Of a stretch of 64,000 bases of DNA, positions 13,165 to 26,274 are shown one piece after another. Source of the DNA: the human T2T-CHM13v2.0 reference genome, Homo sapiens; the NCBI RefSeq assembly GCF_009914755.1, contig NC_060927.1. The stretch is one strand, 5' to 3'. The notes beneath the pieces were generated by a model. That model had not been told where the DNA came from and searched no databases. It was given only the letters and a program-made list of their open reading frames with translations. The number at the start of each line of letters is the position of its first letter. Positions within the stretch are counted from its first letter, which is position 1. The position numbers were made by a program, and so were the translations under genes.

Positions 13165-13723
13165 AGTATATCAGAAAGCCTAGGCTAGGCCATGCTGTGG
13201 TCACAAATAACCCCAAAACCTTAATAAATTAGAGCAACACAGGCTTGTTTCTCATGCATGGAACATGTCCCTTGCAAGTTGGTTGAGGCTCTCCCTTACC
13301 TCATCATTGTCCTCACTCCTGGATTCAGGCTAATGGAACAGCCACCATCTGGAACAGCCGCCATCTAGATCTGCATTGTCCAATATGGTGGTCCCTAGCC
13401 ACATGTAGCCATTTACATTTTAATTAAAATTCAATAAAATTAAAAATTTAATTTTTCAGTTATCCTAGCCATATTGCAAGCGCTCAATGCCACATGTAGC
13501 CAATGGGTACTCTACTGGAAAATATAGATGGGGAATATTTCCACCATTACAGAAAGTTCTACTCAACATGCTGAGTTAGAGCATTGATGCTTTTGGGTTC
13601 TTGTACCAGCAATTAAATGTCATGTGGTCCCATCCAACCACTAGGGTCTAAAAAATACAATTCTTTCCTGTGCTCTGAAAACAGAGAGCTAGAGATATCT
13701 GGTAAGCAACATTAACAACTACC
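13165..13723 (-). mobile_element. MLT1 (J/K-like) MaLR LTR, split by MER3
   Basis: ctaggccatgctgtggtcacaaataacccc...gattcaggctaatggaacagccaccatctgg; resumes after 13580. Confidence 0.65.
13371..13573. mobile_element. MER3 hAT-Charlie MITE
   Basis: tgtccaatatggtggtccctagccacatgt...tttccaccattacagaaagttctact; TAGA-centred 8-bp flanks. Confidence 0.8.
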
Positions 13724-14417
13724 TGTTGAGGTAGAGAGAAAGAGACCCCAGAGTATGGTGCTTTGGCATGTTGAGTGTTTTGAATTTAAAGACCTCAGAA
13801 ATAAGCCTTAGAACCAAGGTCTCTTTCTGATCTTTCCCTGCCTCCCTGTCTCTCCGATCCCCTTTCTTTCTGCAAGCAACCAGAAGGAGCTTTTTCTGAA
13901 GTTTCCTTATCTGATTAAGCAAAGTTTTCCCAGGAGAAATGCAATTGTCTTAAAACTCCCTCCCTAACAATCTCATTAAATAACCAGGAAAGATTGACCA
14001 CCAGACAAAGGAAGAAACTTACAGTCTTCATCACACTCAGATAGACTTTTCATCTCTTCTTTTGTGGGCAGTTCTGAGAGACTACCTGGGAGATTTTATC
14101 TGCATAATAAAACAATCTTTGTTCACAGTCAAGTTCCAGCCCTGACCTTCCCACCATCTTCCCCAGAGCTCAGAGCTTTGTCCCAGATGATTATTCTTTA
14201 GGCTCACTCATTTCTCCTGAAAACCATTTACTACCCCCCCTAGGAAGAGGGTATATAAGCTTCAACCACCAGGCCTTTGAGTCTCATATTTTATACAGCT
14301 CCCGTGCTTATGAACAATAAATTTTCTATGCATTTTCTTCCCATTGATCTGTCTACTTTCAGTTCATTTCAATGAACATTTAGCGGGCAGAGGGGAAACT
14401 TGACCTTCATCCCTACA
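13724..14417 (+). mobile_element. MER39-family ERV1 solo LTR, complete
   Basis: TG...CA ends, 4-bp TSD tacc (13720-13723 / 14418-14421), TATA-like gtatataag near 14251, AATAAA near 14316. Confidence 0.8.
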
Positions 14418-14589
14418 TACCCATTCATGACTTCAAGAGTTCACCCTTCCCCTTACCTTTATTATAATCCAGGGTGTGAACAGGGAGAAAATAACTCATA
14501 ATTTGGACATGTGAAAAACAGAAAAAAAAATTTAGTGTTTTGCTCCAAGATATCACAAAAAGTTGTGAACTCAGAATGTTCACTGGGCT

Positions 14590-14730
14590 CAACATCTGCA
14601 TTATGCATCCTATCTTATCTTCAAAATGACCCTGTGTAGGTATGCTGTACTTTCCACCTTAAATATGGGGAAACTGAGGCTCAGAGTGGTTAAGTGACTT
14701 GACCAACAGAGGTCTACCTGATCTCAAAGC
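14590..14730 (-). mobile_element. MIR
   Basis: atggggaaactgaggctcagagtggttaagtgacttg. Confidence 0.8.
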
Positions 14731-17700
14731 ACTGGAGATGCTCTATATGGAGAAGGAAAATACTATTTCCCAGGTTTTTTAAGTTTTACTCTTCAGTTCC
14801 ATGTTATCACTCAAATTCTAACTTCTAATTTTACAGAAAGGCCTTAAAGAAGCTGGGTAGGTATATTTGGCTTAGTTACAAAACTATTCATTTAAAAGCC
14901 TTTGTAGGCATGAACAACGATGAACACAGACAAGAAATGAGTCTATTTCATATGCTGAACTGTTTAGAAAACATATGTATGTACACATTTATGTTTATGA
15001 AACTGATCTGGGTGATTAAGCTCCTTGGAAACCCTGAAAATCTACGGAAGAAAATTTGTGCAAAGTGTTCAACTATGATGAAGAGACTATTAAGTATGTG
15101 GCATTCGTCTTGCTCTTTTGTTTTCTTGAAGTAGTCCTTCTACCAACTTTCCATCTTCTTAGATGCAAAACGAAACAAAACTTAGACTGTCAGTGCACAG
15201 TTCTTGCTCATTTGTTAGCACTGGAGCAGAAACATTGTTTTCCGTATAGAGTTGGGGAAACTGTGGCCCTGGCAGCAAGTCCTCCAGCCCTCTGAGTGCT
15301 GGCCATAAGCCTTTGACCTGCAACCCTTGTTTCATGAGTCCTGCTTGAGATGGGAGTGTGGGGGCCTGCTCCTGGTGGGCTGTTGATTGCATCCCGGAAG
15401 CCACATGGCCTAGGCCGTTTTCCCCTTTGATTGGCCAAATAAATCACATCATCTCACCTCAGTACTCTTCCTCTCTTTCCCTTTGCAGCATTCCTTGGCA
15501 GGGTAAACAGCACCATTTCAGCAATTTTAAAGGTGACTTCCAATAAAATATGTATGTAGATTTACTTCGGGGCTGGTAGCCTGGGCTGTAAATTTATACC
15601 AAGTCAACCATGGAAAGCCCTTCAATTAAAAAAGAAGAAAGAAAATACAAAAAAATAAAGTTTCCATCAGCATTTATCTTTGGATTTTAAAAAGTGAATG
15701 TATTTCTTTTCTCCTCTTTTTTAATGGAAAAGAAAAAAAGAAAACATCCATGAAGAGCAACTGACTGAAGCACTTCAACAGCCTGGTTCATAAACCTCTC
15801 TGGTAATGCCTGGAAATAAAGAGAAATCTTCAGTGTCACCAAAGATTGCTTCTCACCAACCCTGTGCTTTCAGCTGCAGACGTGCATGCCTGACAGCCTG
15901 TACCTCTGGAGTGCAACTGGAGCCATTGCCATTGGTTCCCCCTTGCTTATGAAAACAGAGGGATTAACAGACACTGAAAGAGAAACCCCACTGAGCCACC
16001 AGCATCAGTGGGCTTAAACGCTTTTTCCTACTGCCAGCCAGAATCCTTTCAAACCTCAGCACCCATCTCTTTTGAGGAAAACTGTCTTAACATCCCTGTA
16101 AATGGATAACCTTTGGCTTCTGCCAAACAAAGGCTGCAGATTGTTTCTATTTATTTGCCAAGAATTTATTGGAGTCCATAAAACAAATTTCTGTAGCTGG
16201 GGAAACTGTACACTTTTTGTTTGTTGTTATTGTTTTTAATCTAGGCTGCAATCCAAAAGTTTGCAGCATGAGTGAACTGTTGTGGTTTGCTTTCTAGTTT
16301 TATTTGGCCTAGAAAAAGAAAACAAATGGCAGTGCTTCGTGTAACATCATATATTAGAGGTTTCTAGTGCTTGGTATTTGCCTTATCATTTTCAAAACAG
16401 AATCTTAGAAAGGGGGAATGCTAAAACATGAAGTCCATGGTATATAAAGCAGTTCTTTACCAAGTAGTAAAAGCATTAATAAAATCAAATTTACCTTCAT
16501 AACAACAGTGTACCTAGGTGAGTAGAAAATACATTTATCTCATTTTATGGATAGGTATACTGACTCAGTCTAGGACCCATCCCATTCTAAGGTCATTCAC
16601 TGTAGAAACACAGAATCAGCTGGAGATAGACCAGTGCCTCTGTCACTGTCCCAGAGTTCTTACCCTCTGTGCTTGCTCCCTGCCTTGCAGAATATAAGAG
16701 ATTCATTTAATTTTGAAGCATAACACTTCATGTGAAGGGCCCTATAAAAAAATGTGTGACAAGGCCCTACTAATTTTGTAATACTAAAATGTATCTCTGA
16801 TGCCACTGAGTGTTGCATATTTATTAGAGCTTTTGTTCTGGTCCAAAATGGAAAATGGGAAACAGGATAAGAAAAATGGCACTAAGAACTCCATGATAGG
16901 CCATGCATACTTCTGTGGAATGGCATGTTCCTTTGAAGATTTGATTCATCTGGAAGCTATGACATGCATAAAGCCCAATTTCAACTGGATAAAGAAATAG
17001 ACAATGGCATTCATCCGAGTTTTGTGGTGACTGGAAAGAAGTTTGGTAAAGTAACATAGCAACCATGTCCCTTCTTTCTTTTCATGCCCAGACTCTTCAA
17101 GTGAACTGACCCTATAATTCTTGGGAAATAATACACTTTGCAGAACATTGTAAGAAGGCACCATTGGAGGCAGACCAGATGCTGTGGACTGGGTCCCACT
17201 CAGTTCTGTCCTCACACCTGGTGCAGTGCTGGGCACATTCTGTGTGATCATGGGCATGTGGTGCCTGTGTTTGGCTTGTTGGGTGTAGAGATCAGTTGAC
17301 CATGTCAGAAAAACTAACAGAACCATGGAGGATCATGAGCAAAGCCTTTTCTTTTCCTTGAATATAGCTTCAGGCTTTTTTTAAAAATTGTTTTAATTAT
17401 TCTTCTCATGGCATCCCTTAAACTACCTAATCATGGAATTAGCCTGACAGTCGGATTGTAGCTCTAAGTTTGTATTTTCTGGTATTTGCACAAATATGTT
17501 AAGCATCTAAAAATATAACATTTCAACATGCCTTTTATAAGTAAGCAAATGCCCAGCACCTTTCTGACATCCCGACTGAGTCATCTATTACTCACTATGA
17601 TGGGAAGGAAATCAGCGGCAGGCTATGTGATGAGAAACACTGTTGATGTGGTACCATATCACTGTCAGGTGTGCTCCCGTGTTCACCTAAAACCCTGCAG

Positions 17701-18162
17701 GTTCCTGGGATGCAGAAAGCTGGGAAGAATAGTAAGTTGATGAGTGGACAGGAATCTGCAAGACTTGTACATGTTTCAAAGAAGCACCAACTCTGTATAT
17801 GCCAAGTATACTGTAAGTACCATAATGGGAGGAAATTCAACAATTTCAAGCTAACATTAAAGACCGCTTCTTTTTCTGAATACTTAGCTGAAGAAACTCA
17901 GGGCTTCTGAAGGACAGACAAGTTCTTCATAGCCACTAACAGTTTTTAATCTTTGCAATTCTGATATAACTCAAATATCTCCAACTCTTTATCTCACAGT
18001 ATTCATTTGCATCTCCAGTGCCTACAGTAAAGCCAACTTGGAGTGAAACCATTGTGTTCCCCAATGAGGCTGCTAATCCTTTCATTTTCTAATAATATAA
18101 CAACTATATATGCTTCTTTTTTTAAAGGCAGCTGAAGCAGAATGGGTGTGCATGTGTGTGTG

Positions 18163-18486
18163 GTTTTTTTGTTGTTGTTGTTTTTGTTCTTTGTTTTTTT
18201 TTTGAGACAGAGTTTCAGTCTTGTCACCCAGGTTGGAGTACAATGGTATGATCTCGTCCCACTGCAATCTCCGCCTCCTGGCTTCAAGTGTTTCTCCTGC
18301 CTCAGCCTCCCTAGTAGCTTGGATTACAGGTGCCCATCATCATGCCTGGCTAATTTTTGTATTGTTAGTAGAGACGGGGTTTCACCAGGTTGGCCAGGCT
18401 GATCTCAAACTTCTGACCTTAGGTGATCTGCCTGCCTCGGCCTCCCAAAGTGCTGGGATTACAGGCGTGAGCCACTGTGCTCAGCC
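18163..18486 (-). mobile_element. AluS (Sq/Sx-like)
   Basis: Full antisense Alu with T/(GTT)n tail; TSD-like tgcatgtgtg / tgcatgtatg. Confidence 0.95.
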
Positions 18487-19157
18487 CTGCATGTATGTTT
18501 TAATAAGGCATCTGTCTCCAAGCCACAAGGCCCCTGGCAAAACCTCTAACCCTTTCCCTTCAACACAGCGGCATCCCTTTTTATCACAGAAGTGAAGGTG
18601 TAAATAGTTCCAGAGATTCACAAGGCAATTCCAAAGCAGCTCTGTTTTCAGTCAGGCTTCCCAGAACCTACTTTGCTTCAGGCTTGAACCTAGCAAGCTG
18701 ACATCATGTTTCCTAAGCAGGCAAGGTGCCACCAGAACACACAGGCAGGGGCACAGCTGACCAGAAACGAATGGGGCCATGTGAGGTGCAAGTCCAAGAC
18801 AGCAATGTCAACACATCTGACTGCCAGGAATAGTTACACTCTGGGTTAAAGGGCTCTTCCAATTTCAACTAAGATAATTATATAAACAAATAGCATCTGT
18901 AGGCATAAAAGATACATGATCTGAAAAGAAATGCTATTTGTTTCTGATGAATTTTCCCAGAAGCTGAACATAGCTTTATTTCATGGAGTAATATACTAGG
19001 TTTACAGTATCACTAGAGTTCTTTTTATCTCAAGATCGTAAGGACCTTTGCAATTTCATTAATCCTTACAAGTGAATGCTCAAAAATATTGGCCTCTATA
19101 CAAATGTTCCCCTTAATAATACAAATTACAATAATCTTTTGTAAAGAAATAATTTAC

Positions 19158-19515
<358 letters not shown>

Positions 19516-19860
19516 TCAAAAATGTTTGTTGTAGTGTCATCTGCAGGATTGGCAACAGACTGAATACCTTCCATTAGAAAAACATTGATTGAACCATAGT
19601 TAATTCTCTTAAATGAATGATCCTCAGGCAACAGAAATAGACTTACAAGCTTAATAGACTTGAAAATGCTCATCAAGTAGGCATAAGTGTTTTAAAAAGT
19701 AAACTGCAAAATTGTATTTATACTATAGATATAATTGTGGAAAAAATAAATGTATATAGACAAGACCTGAAAGGAAATATTTTTAAAGTGGGGAGAAAAT
19801 TTTTCATAGGAATGGGAAACTTGAGAAGTATATACCTCTTCTGTGTGTTTAAAGTTGTTA

Positions 19861-20227
<367 letters not shown>

Positions 20228-20629
20228 TCAGGTGCAGGCTGTAGGGTACTTGTATAAAATTTGGAAGATTTTGGGTAAAAGAATCCTGCAGAGAGAATGT
20301 AGTGTACCCCATAAAACCCTAGGATCACATTTAAGCTCTGCCTTAATTTAAAAAGAATCTCTATTTTGCCCATACCCCACGTTTTCTTTCTCTCACAAAA
20401 GTAGACAACTTGGGAATGCTAAGTCCATGATAAAAGGTGTTCCCTACTCCCACTGCCTTCCACCTGAGTCTAAGCCTCTTGATTATAGGAGGGACAAGAT
20501 TCTCCTACAAGGCAGAAATCTGATGTTTCCAAGTTAATGTATAACTAGTCAATCAAAGAACAAATTGTTACTATTTCATATGGCAAAGGTATCTTGTGAA
20601 ATATGTATAGTGCAAAATTAAAAAAATAT

Positions 20630-20850
20630 ATAATGGTTACTCTTTATTGGCCCAGGAATTGTGCTAAGCATTAGCACAATTAGATATGCATTATCACATT
20701 TGATCCTCACAGCAACCCTCTAAAATATGTTCCATTAATAGTTCCATATTCCAGATCAAGAACATGAGATTTGAAAATAAATTCACTGTTAAATGGAATC
20801 AAAGTAACCTGTGACGCCAAGACCATACTTTAATAGACCTGTACTCTCCA
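20630..20850 (-). mobile_element. MIR
   Basis: catttgatcctcacagcaaccct...ttccatattccagat. Confidence 0.7.
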
Positions 20851-21654
20851 GCTTTCCAAGTACTCATCCAGGTACTTCTAACATTTTTACATTAAAGTCT
20901 ATCAGGCTTCCTCTGGACAACTCAGTGATTGCCTTTAACGGGCAAAGGTATAATATTCTCCCAGCATGGAGGTGATCTGTGTCCAGGACAGACAAATCCT
21001 AGAGGTGGAGAAATGCAGGGTAATTAGGGAGAAACCATGCAGAGAACAAGAAGCTAGAAGATGGAATAATAACTGGGCCTAGAGGTGTGTGTTTTACCCA
21101 AAATTCATGGATTATCGACTCACCCACTTAACGAGTGACACCTAAGGCCGTGGAGATTGGGGGTGGAAGGCAGATAGGCATCTACTTGGCTGGAGATTGA
21201 AAGGGCAGCTACAAATAATAGCTAAATTTGGGCTAAGGAAGCAATCTTGAGCTAAGCTAATAAGAACCACCATGACCCAGAGATCCAGGGCCCCAAGGAA
21301 GAACTAGAAGAGCCTTCCAACGAAAAGGTTGTGAGTCACAGCACCTGAGGGACTTGTTTGGGATTTTTGGCTTTGGCAATCTCCCTGGATAGCCTGAGCC
21401 TAAACTTGTAGCTTCCCTTGTGTGCAAGGTTTATACCCTCTAAAACCCTCACACTGAGATGAAAGTTTGCAATGCACTTGAACCAGCATTATATATTGAA
21501 TTTTGGAATAAAAGGAGCCACTACAGGAAAGGAAGAGGCAGTTAGAGAAAACAAGAACATGAGAACAGTGGTCTTTTGAGGAAAAGCAACAAACAACAGA
21601 CTTAAGACAACTCAATCACCTTTGCCTTGGGTCTGTGGAACCAGGGGTCTGTGC

Positions 21655-21880
21655 AGCGCAGTGTGCTGATAAAACCTTGGCCCTTGGAGCTAGAGAAACC
21701 AGGTCCACCTCCTAAATCTCCCACTTCCTAACCCTATGGCCTCACTTTGAATCTCTGAATCTGCATTTCCTCATCTGTAAAATAATACCAATCACACCTG
21801 CCTCCTAGGGGTTTTGGGAGGCATAAATGGCATAAAGCTTGTGAAACAGCCCACACATAATAAGTGTTCAGCTACTTAAG
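21655..21880 (+). mobile_element. MIR
   Basis: tctctgaatctgcatttcctcatctgtaaaat. Confidence 0.75.
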
Positions 21881-22116
21881 TCCTGTTTCTCTCTTTTGGT
21901 CTGAGAGTCACCCTTATTAACCAGGAAGCTTATGGGGACCAGTTCGAATAGCATTACATTTCAAATACGTACCTCAAGAGCCCAAAGTAACAGCATTGTT
22001 CTGTCCTCTTTCTCAAAGAATATTAAAATGATTAAAATACTAAATCTTTTTTCTCTTCTCTTTATTTCCCTCCTACCTAATGTTGCACTAAATTTTTCTA
22101 GCGAGTTTGCTTCACG

Positions 22117-22228
22117 TTAGTAGTTTGCAATCAGCCGTAGTTGGAATTCTTACACCATGGAACTGGGCAAAGGCTACAAATGGGCTCTTTTTTGTTTCCA
22201 GAAAGCTGGTTTGTCTGCACACCACTGT
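22117..22228. mobile_element. MER63-like hAT-Blackjack fragment
   Basis: ttacaccatggaactgggcaaaggctacaaat...agctggtttgtctgcacaccactg. Confidence 0.65.
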
Positions 22229-22607
22229 TCCAACCCACAGCTTCTCCAAAGCCTTTCTCCTTAACTCCCAACTTATCCCCACCCACCTGCCTCTAGAGTA
22301 AACTCATCCTTCACACTCAAGCTTCACGGCTTCCCTCCCTTCTGTATTACCCTCCCTATGTCTCAGCAAGTTAATACGTAGATCAACTGTGCTTCTCCCT
22401 ACATGTAGAGGACAGAGAAGAACCCAGCTAGCAAATACAGGGCTGTCTGGTGGAATAGGAAAAAGATGCTGTTAAACCAATACTGGGTCAACAGCAGCTT
22501 TCCCCTCAGGAGGATTTGACATGAACAGCGATGGTAGTTGCTCTATACTAAACTTGTGGCACCTTCTAAAACTAAGACTGAAGGCTTCCCCACTCTAGAG
22601 TGCAGCT

Positions 22608-22610
22608 TAT

Positions 22611-22645
<35 letters not shown>

Positions 22646-22756
22646 TATCTAGATATATATATATATCTAGATATATCTATCTATCTAGATAGATAGATAG
22701 ATAGATAGATAGATATATCTAGATATATATATATCTAGATATATCTATCTATCTAT

Positions 22757-22801
<45 letters not shown>
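22608..22801. repeat. Compound (GATA)n/(TA)n/(TATC)n microsatellite containing two perfect 56-bp palindromes
   Basis: Read directly; palindromes at 22632-22687 and 22701-22756. Confidence 0.97.
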
Positions 22802-22802
<1 letters not shown>

Positions 22803-23384
22803 TTTTTTTTACCTTAACCAAAGAACAAAAGAAAAGGAAGCAAGTTATTTACTTTGGGAATGAGGGCTTGTGGAGTCTATCTTCCTTCACCTCAGGGGCT
22901 ATATCACTTACAGCCACTGTCTCAGATGGTACCTGGAGTCCTTCCTGCCCATGTTTCTTGAAGGATCTAATCAGACATGATGTCACCAGTTTCTATACTA
23001 GTGGCTCTCTATCAGTGGTCCAACAAGGGTCGTCTGGGGCATGAATGACCCATTATATTATATAATGTGATAGTAAACTCAAGAGGTTAAAAAATTTATC
23101 CACCAAACAAAGCTTAGCAAACATAACAGTTTGCCTGGTGTAGATAGTAGTTTGCTTTTTCACATTCAGGCCAGACTAACAAGACCATTCAGTTGTGAGA
23201 AGTATCCTTCTCATGTGAGGATTCTACAGGCTGTTGTGTGGTTTGTTGTCCCCTGATGCAGTCCCTGAAGAAGCTGGTCTCCTAGATTGCATTCCTGTCC
23301 TCCCTTTTGTACATGCATTGGGATTGGCAAGTGTCCTAGACAAAACAGTATTATATTGCCAGTCAGCTGCCATTTGACTGAGGC

Positions 23385-23700
23385 TTTTAAGTTCTGGGAT
23401 ACAAGTGCAGAATGTGCAGGTTTTTTACATAGCTATACATGTGCCATGGTGGTTTGCTGCAGCTATCAACCCATCATCTAGGTTTTAAACCCCACGTGCA
23501 TTAGGTATTTGTTCTAATGCTCTCCCTCCCTTTGCCCCCACCCCGACGGGCCCCGGTGTGTGTTGTTCCACTCCCTGTGTCCATGTGTTCTCATTGTTCA
23601 ACTCCCACTTATGCATGAGAACATGCACTGTTTGGTTTTCTGTTCCTGTGTTAGTTTGCTGAGAATGATGGTTTTCAGCTTCATCCATGTCCCCGCAAAG
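23385..23700 (-). mobile_element. 5'-truncated L1PA (L1PA7/8-like) 3' end
   Basis: Antisense L1 3'UTR and ORF2 end; TSD-like gactgaggc / gactgtggc. Confidence 0.92.
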
Positions 23701-23889
23701 ACTGTGGCATTTTTGTAATTATTAGTGAAATTATAGACCATGGACTTCTCCACGCCACTATGGTAGCAGAGAATCTTCTAAGTTATCCGTAAAAGATTTA
23801 TTTAAATATTTTATTTTCTCTCAAACTGCATGGTGAGGCAAATATATTTTATCCACAGGAATGGCCCCAGGCAGAGAAAAGACAGGAAA

Positions 23890-24105
23890 ACAACATTTAC
23901 TTGGCACTGGCTGTCTGCCAGACACTATTCTCAGCAAATTACCTCATTTAATCCTCACCCTATGAGGGAAGTACTATTATAATTCCCATTTTACAGATAC
24001 ACAAATGAAGAATCAAAGATGTAAAATAATTGCCCAAGAGCTAGAAATTGGTTAGAAACTGGTTGAGCCAGGATTTGCACCTAAGTCTATCTGGCATATT
24101 CTTCC
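23890..24105 (-). mobile_element. MIR
   Basis: ctcatttaatcctcac...cccattttacagat...gagccaggatttgcacc. Confidence 0.8.
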
Positions 24106-24179
24106 CAGTAAGTTGTGCTATGTTGCTTATCTGGGAGTTCATCGCCTAGTGAGATGGCCTAGCCAGGTTGAGCCTATGA

Positions 24180-25500
24180 TGAAGAAAAATATTCATCTGA
24201 AGAACAACTTGATAGGCTGAATCAAATTATTTTTAAAATCTACTGGAGGGTTTCTGAGGCTGCCAGGACTTGGAGGCCAAGATCCCGAAGAGAAGAGAAA
24301 TTTATTGAGGCAATGTCAATATTGTGTGCTTTGCAATGCTTGTAAAAGTGTTTGCTGACTCTTACGTGGTTTTGGACGGAAGGCAGCTGCTGAAAGGTAG
24401 ATAAAACCCATAGAGCTTTCCATAACCTCATTTGGCTGGAGGAAAGGGTTGGGCTTACTAAAGCAGTCAGAACTTTGGGAACCAAGATCCTAAGAAATAA
24501 ATTAATGCAGAAAAGTGAACCCATCATTTTAACCAAGTTTTCATCTCAGGACATTTGCTAATTCTTAAGTTTTGAAGAGCAAGAGGCTAAGAAGCCAAAG
24601 TAACTGAGGAGTGGAGTTTTTAGCAGTCTTGTAGAGCTGTGAGATCAAAGTTGGAGTTCAAGGCTCACCAAAGAGGAGAAGACCTCTAAGCACTCAGGGA
24701 CTTACACTAGAGACCTACACTCAAGAAATGTAGGTGAACAGAAGAAGAAACAACTTACAAAGCTTGGAACGAGCTGTGAGGGTTAGGGTCGAATTGTGGA
24801 GGTTTGCTCCTGTCTGACAGAATATATTTGGGAAAATAGTTAACATCATCCAGAGCATCTTCAATACTTCATGCACAGTGTCTGACATTCATCTAAAGTT
24901 ACCATGCATGCCAAGAACTAGGACCAAGAGAAGAAGAAAAACAGAAAATGGAAGCTGACGTACAAGTGATGCAGATATTGGATTTTTCAGACATACTTTA
25001 AAATAACTATGATTATTAGGTTCAAGAAAATGCAAAACAAGATATAGAATTTCACCAAAGACCTGGAATCTGTAAGAAAGAATTACACAAACATTCTAGA
25101 AATGGAAAAAAATACAAGAATTGAAAGTAAAAGATGTATGAGAACCCAAAGGTATACCTGTTTATTTAAACCCAGAATTTAGGAAAAGCCAACAATACAT
25201 GTAGACACATAGCTATTAACAGGCATTTTCTATGTGTAAAACAAGGTCAATAAAACAATATAAAAAATAACAAAACACAAAATGACCTTTATAGCATGGC
25301 CATAAAATCTGAAATATTAAAGATATCAAAGCAGCACCTGATTATGTTTTAAAGATTTTTTATGTGTAAAAATTTACTAAAAATACAACATAAAATCATA
25401 AAAACATACAGTTGGTGGAGAATAGACAAAGCCCACTCTTTAAGAAAAATTGTCTCTATAAAATACACAAAAGATGAGGTAAAAAAAGTGAATCTTCCTT
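24180..25500 (+). mobile_element. Old L1M fragments (5' region/ORF1 and pieces further 3')
   Basis: gatgcagatattggatttttcagac...actttaaaataactatg...acattctagaaatggaaaaa is typical of the L1M ORF1 region; A-rich. Confidence 0.55.
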
Positions 25501-25643
25501 TATTTAGACATTATCCTAAAAATAATAGATGATAAACTCAAAAGAGTACATTCTATCAATTATACATGCTGAAAATACGGTAATGATAATGCATAATATA
25601 TTCTGTATCTGTAACTCATCAAGTTACTTGAAGTTAAACAAAA

Positions 25644-25664
25644 ACACACACACACACACACACA
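25644..25664. repeat. (CA)n microsatellite
   Basis: About 10 AC units. Confidence 0.9.
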
Positions 25665-25694
25665 ACTTGATTACATTATTCTCTTAAGAAGACA

Positions 25695-25816
25695 TTGAGA
25701 CCCCAGGAGGTCCAGGCTGCAGTGACCTGTGATCAAGCCACTGCACTCCACTCTGGGTAACAGAAAGAGACCCTGTCTAAAAAAAGAAAAAAGAAAAAGA
25801 AAAACAAAAACAAAAC
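25695..25816 (+). mobile_element. Alu monomer/right-arm fragment (AluJ/FLAM/FRAM-like)
   Basis: ccaggaggtccaggctgcagtga...gagaccctgtct plus A-rich tail. Confidence 0.85.
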
Positions 25817-26084
25817 ACTGAATTTTCTTTTTCTGGCTAAGTCTTCTCCATTTGCTTATTTCAGAAATTTGCTTTTCCAAAGATGAGTTCACCCTGTCCC
25901 ATTTTGGTACAAAACCTTTCATTTTATCTTTGAGCTTCTGAATTAACACTTTATTCCTACCAAATCTTATTGTTCAGGGATCAGGCAGTTAGTTTAAAGG
26001 ATGAATCATGCCTATCAACAGGCCTGGCAGTTGCAGTCAACAGCAAATTGTGATTTCCAGAATGAAAGTGACTTGTTGCAGGAC

Positions 26085-26225
26085 AACACTTACCAGCATG
26101 TGACCTGGGGCAAGTCACAGCCTCCCTGAGCCTCTGCATCTGTAAAGTGGGCTCAATTCCACCTCCTTCACAAGGCTGTTGTAGAGATTAAACAAAATAG
26201 ACCATGTGAAAGCCCTGGGCCTCAT
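26085..26225 (+). mobile_element. MIR
   Basis: tgtgacctggggcaagtcac...ctgagcctc...catctgtaaagtggg. Confidence 0.75.
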
Positions 26226-26274
26226 TTATGTTTATAAACAAATCCTGTATTTTTAAAAACAAATTTCCACATTT

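Noticed and set aside
16800-17910. Dense overlapping ORFs up to 126 aa, and a minus-strand GTGAGT donor near 17594
   Set aside because: No recognisable protein or consistent exon chain; consistent with chance
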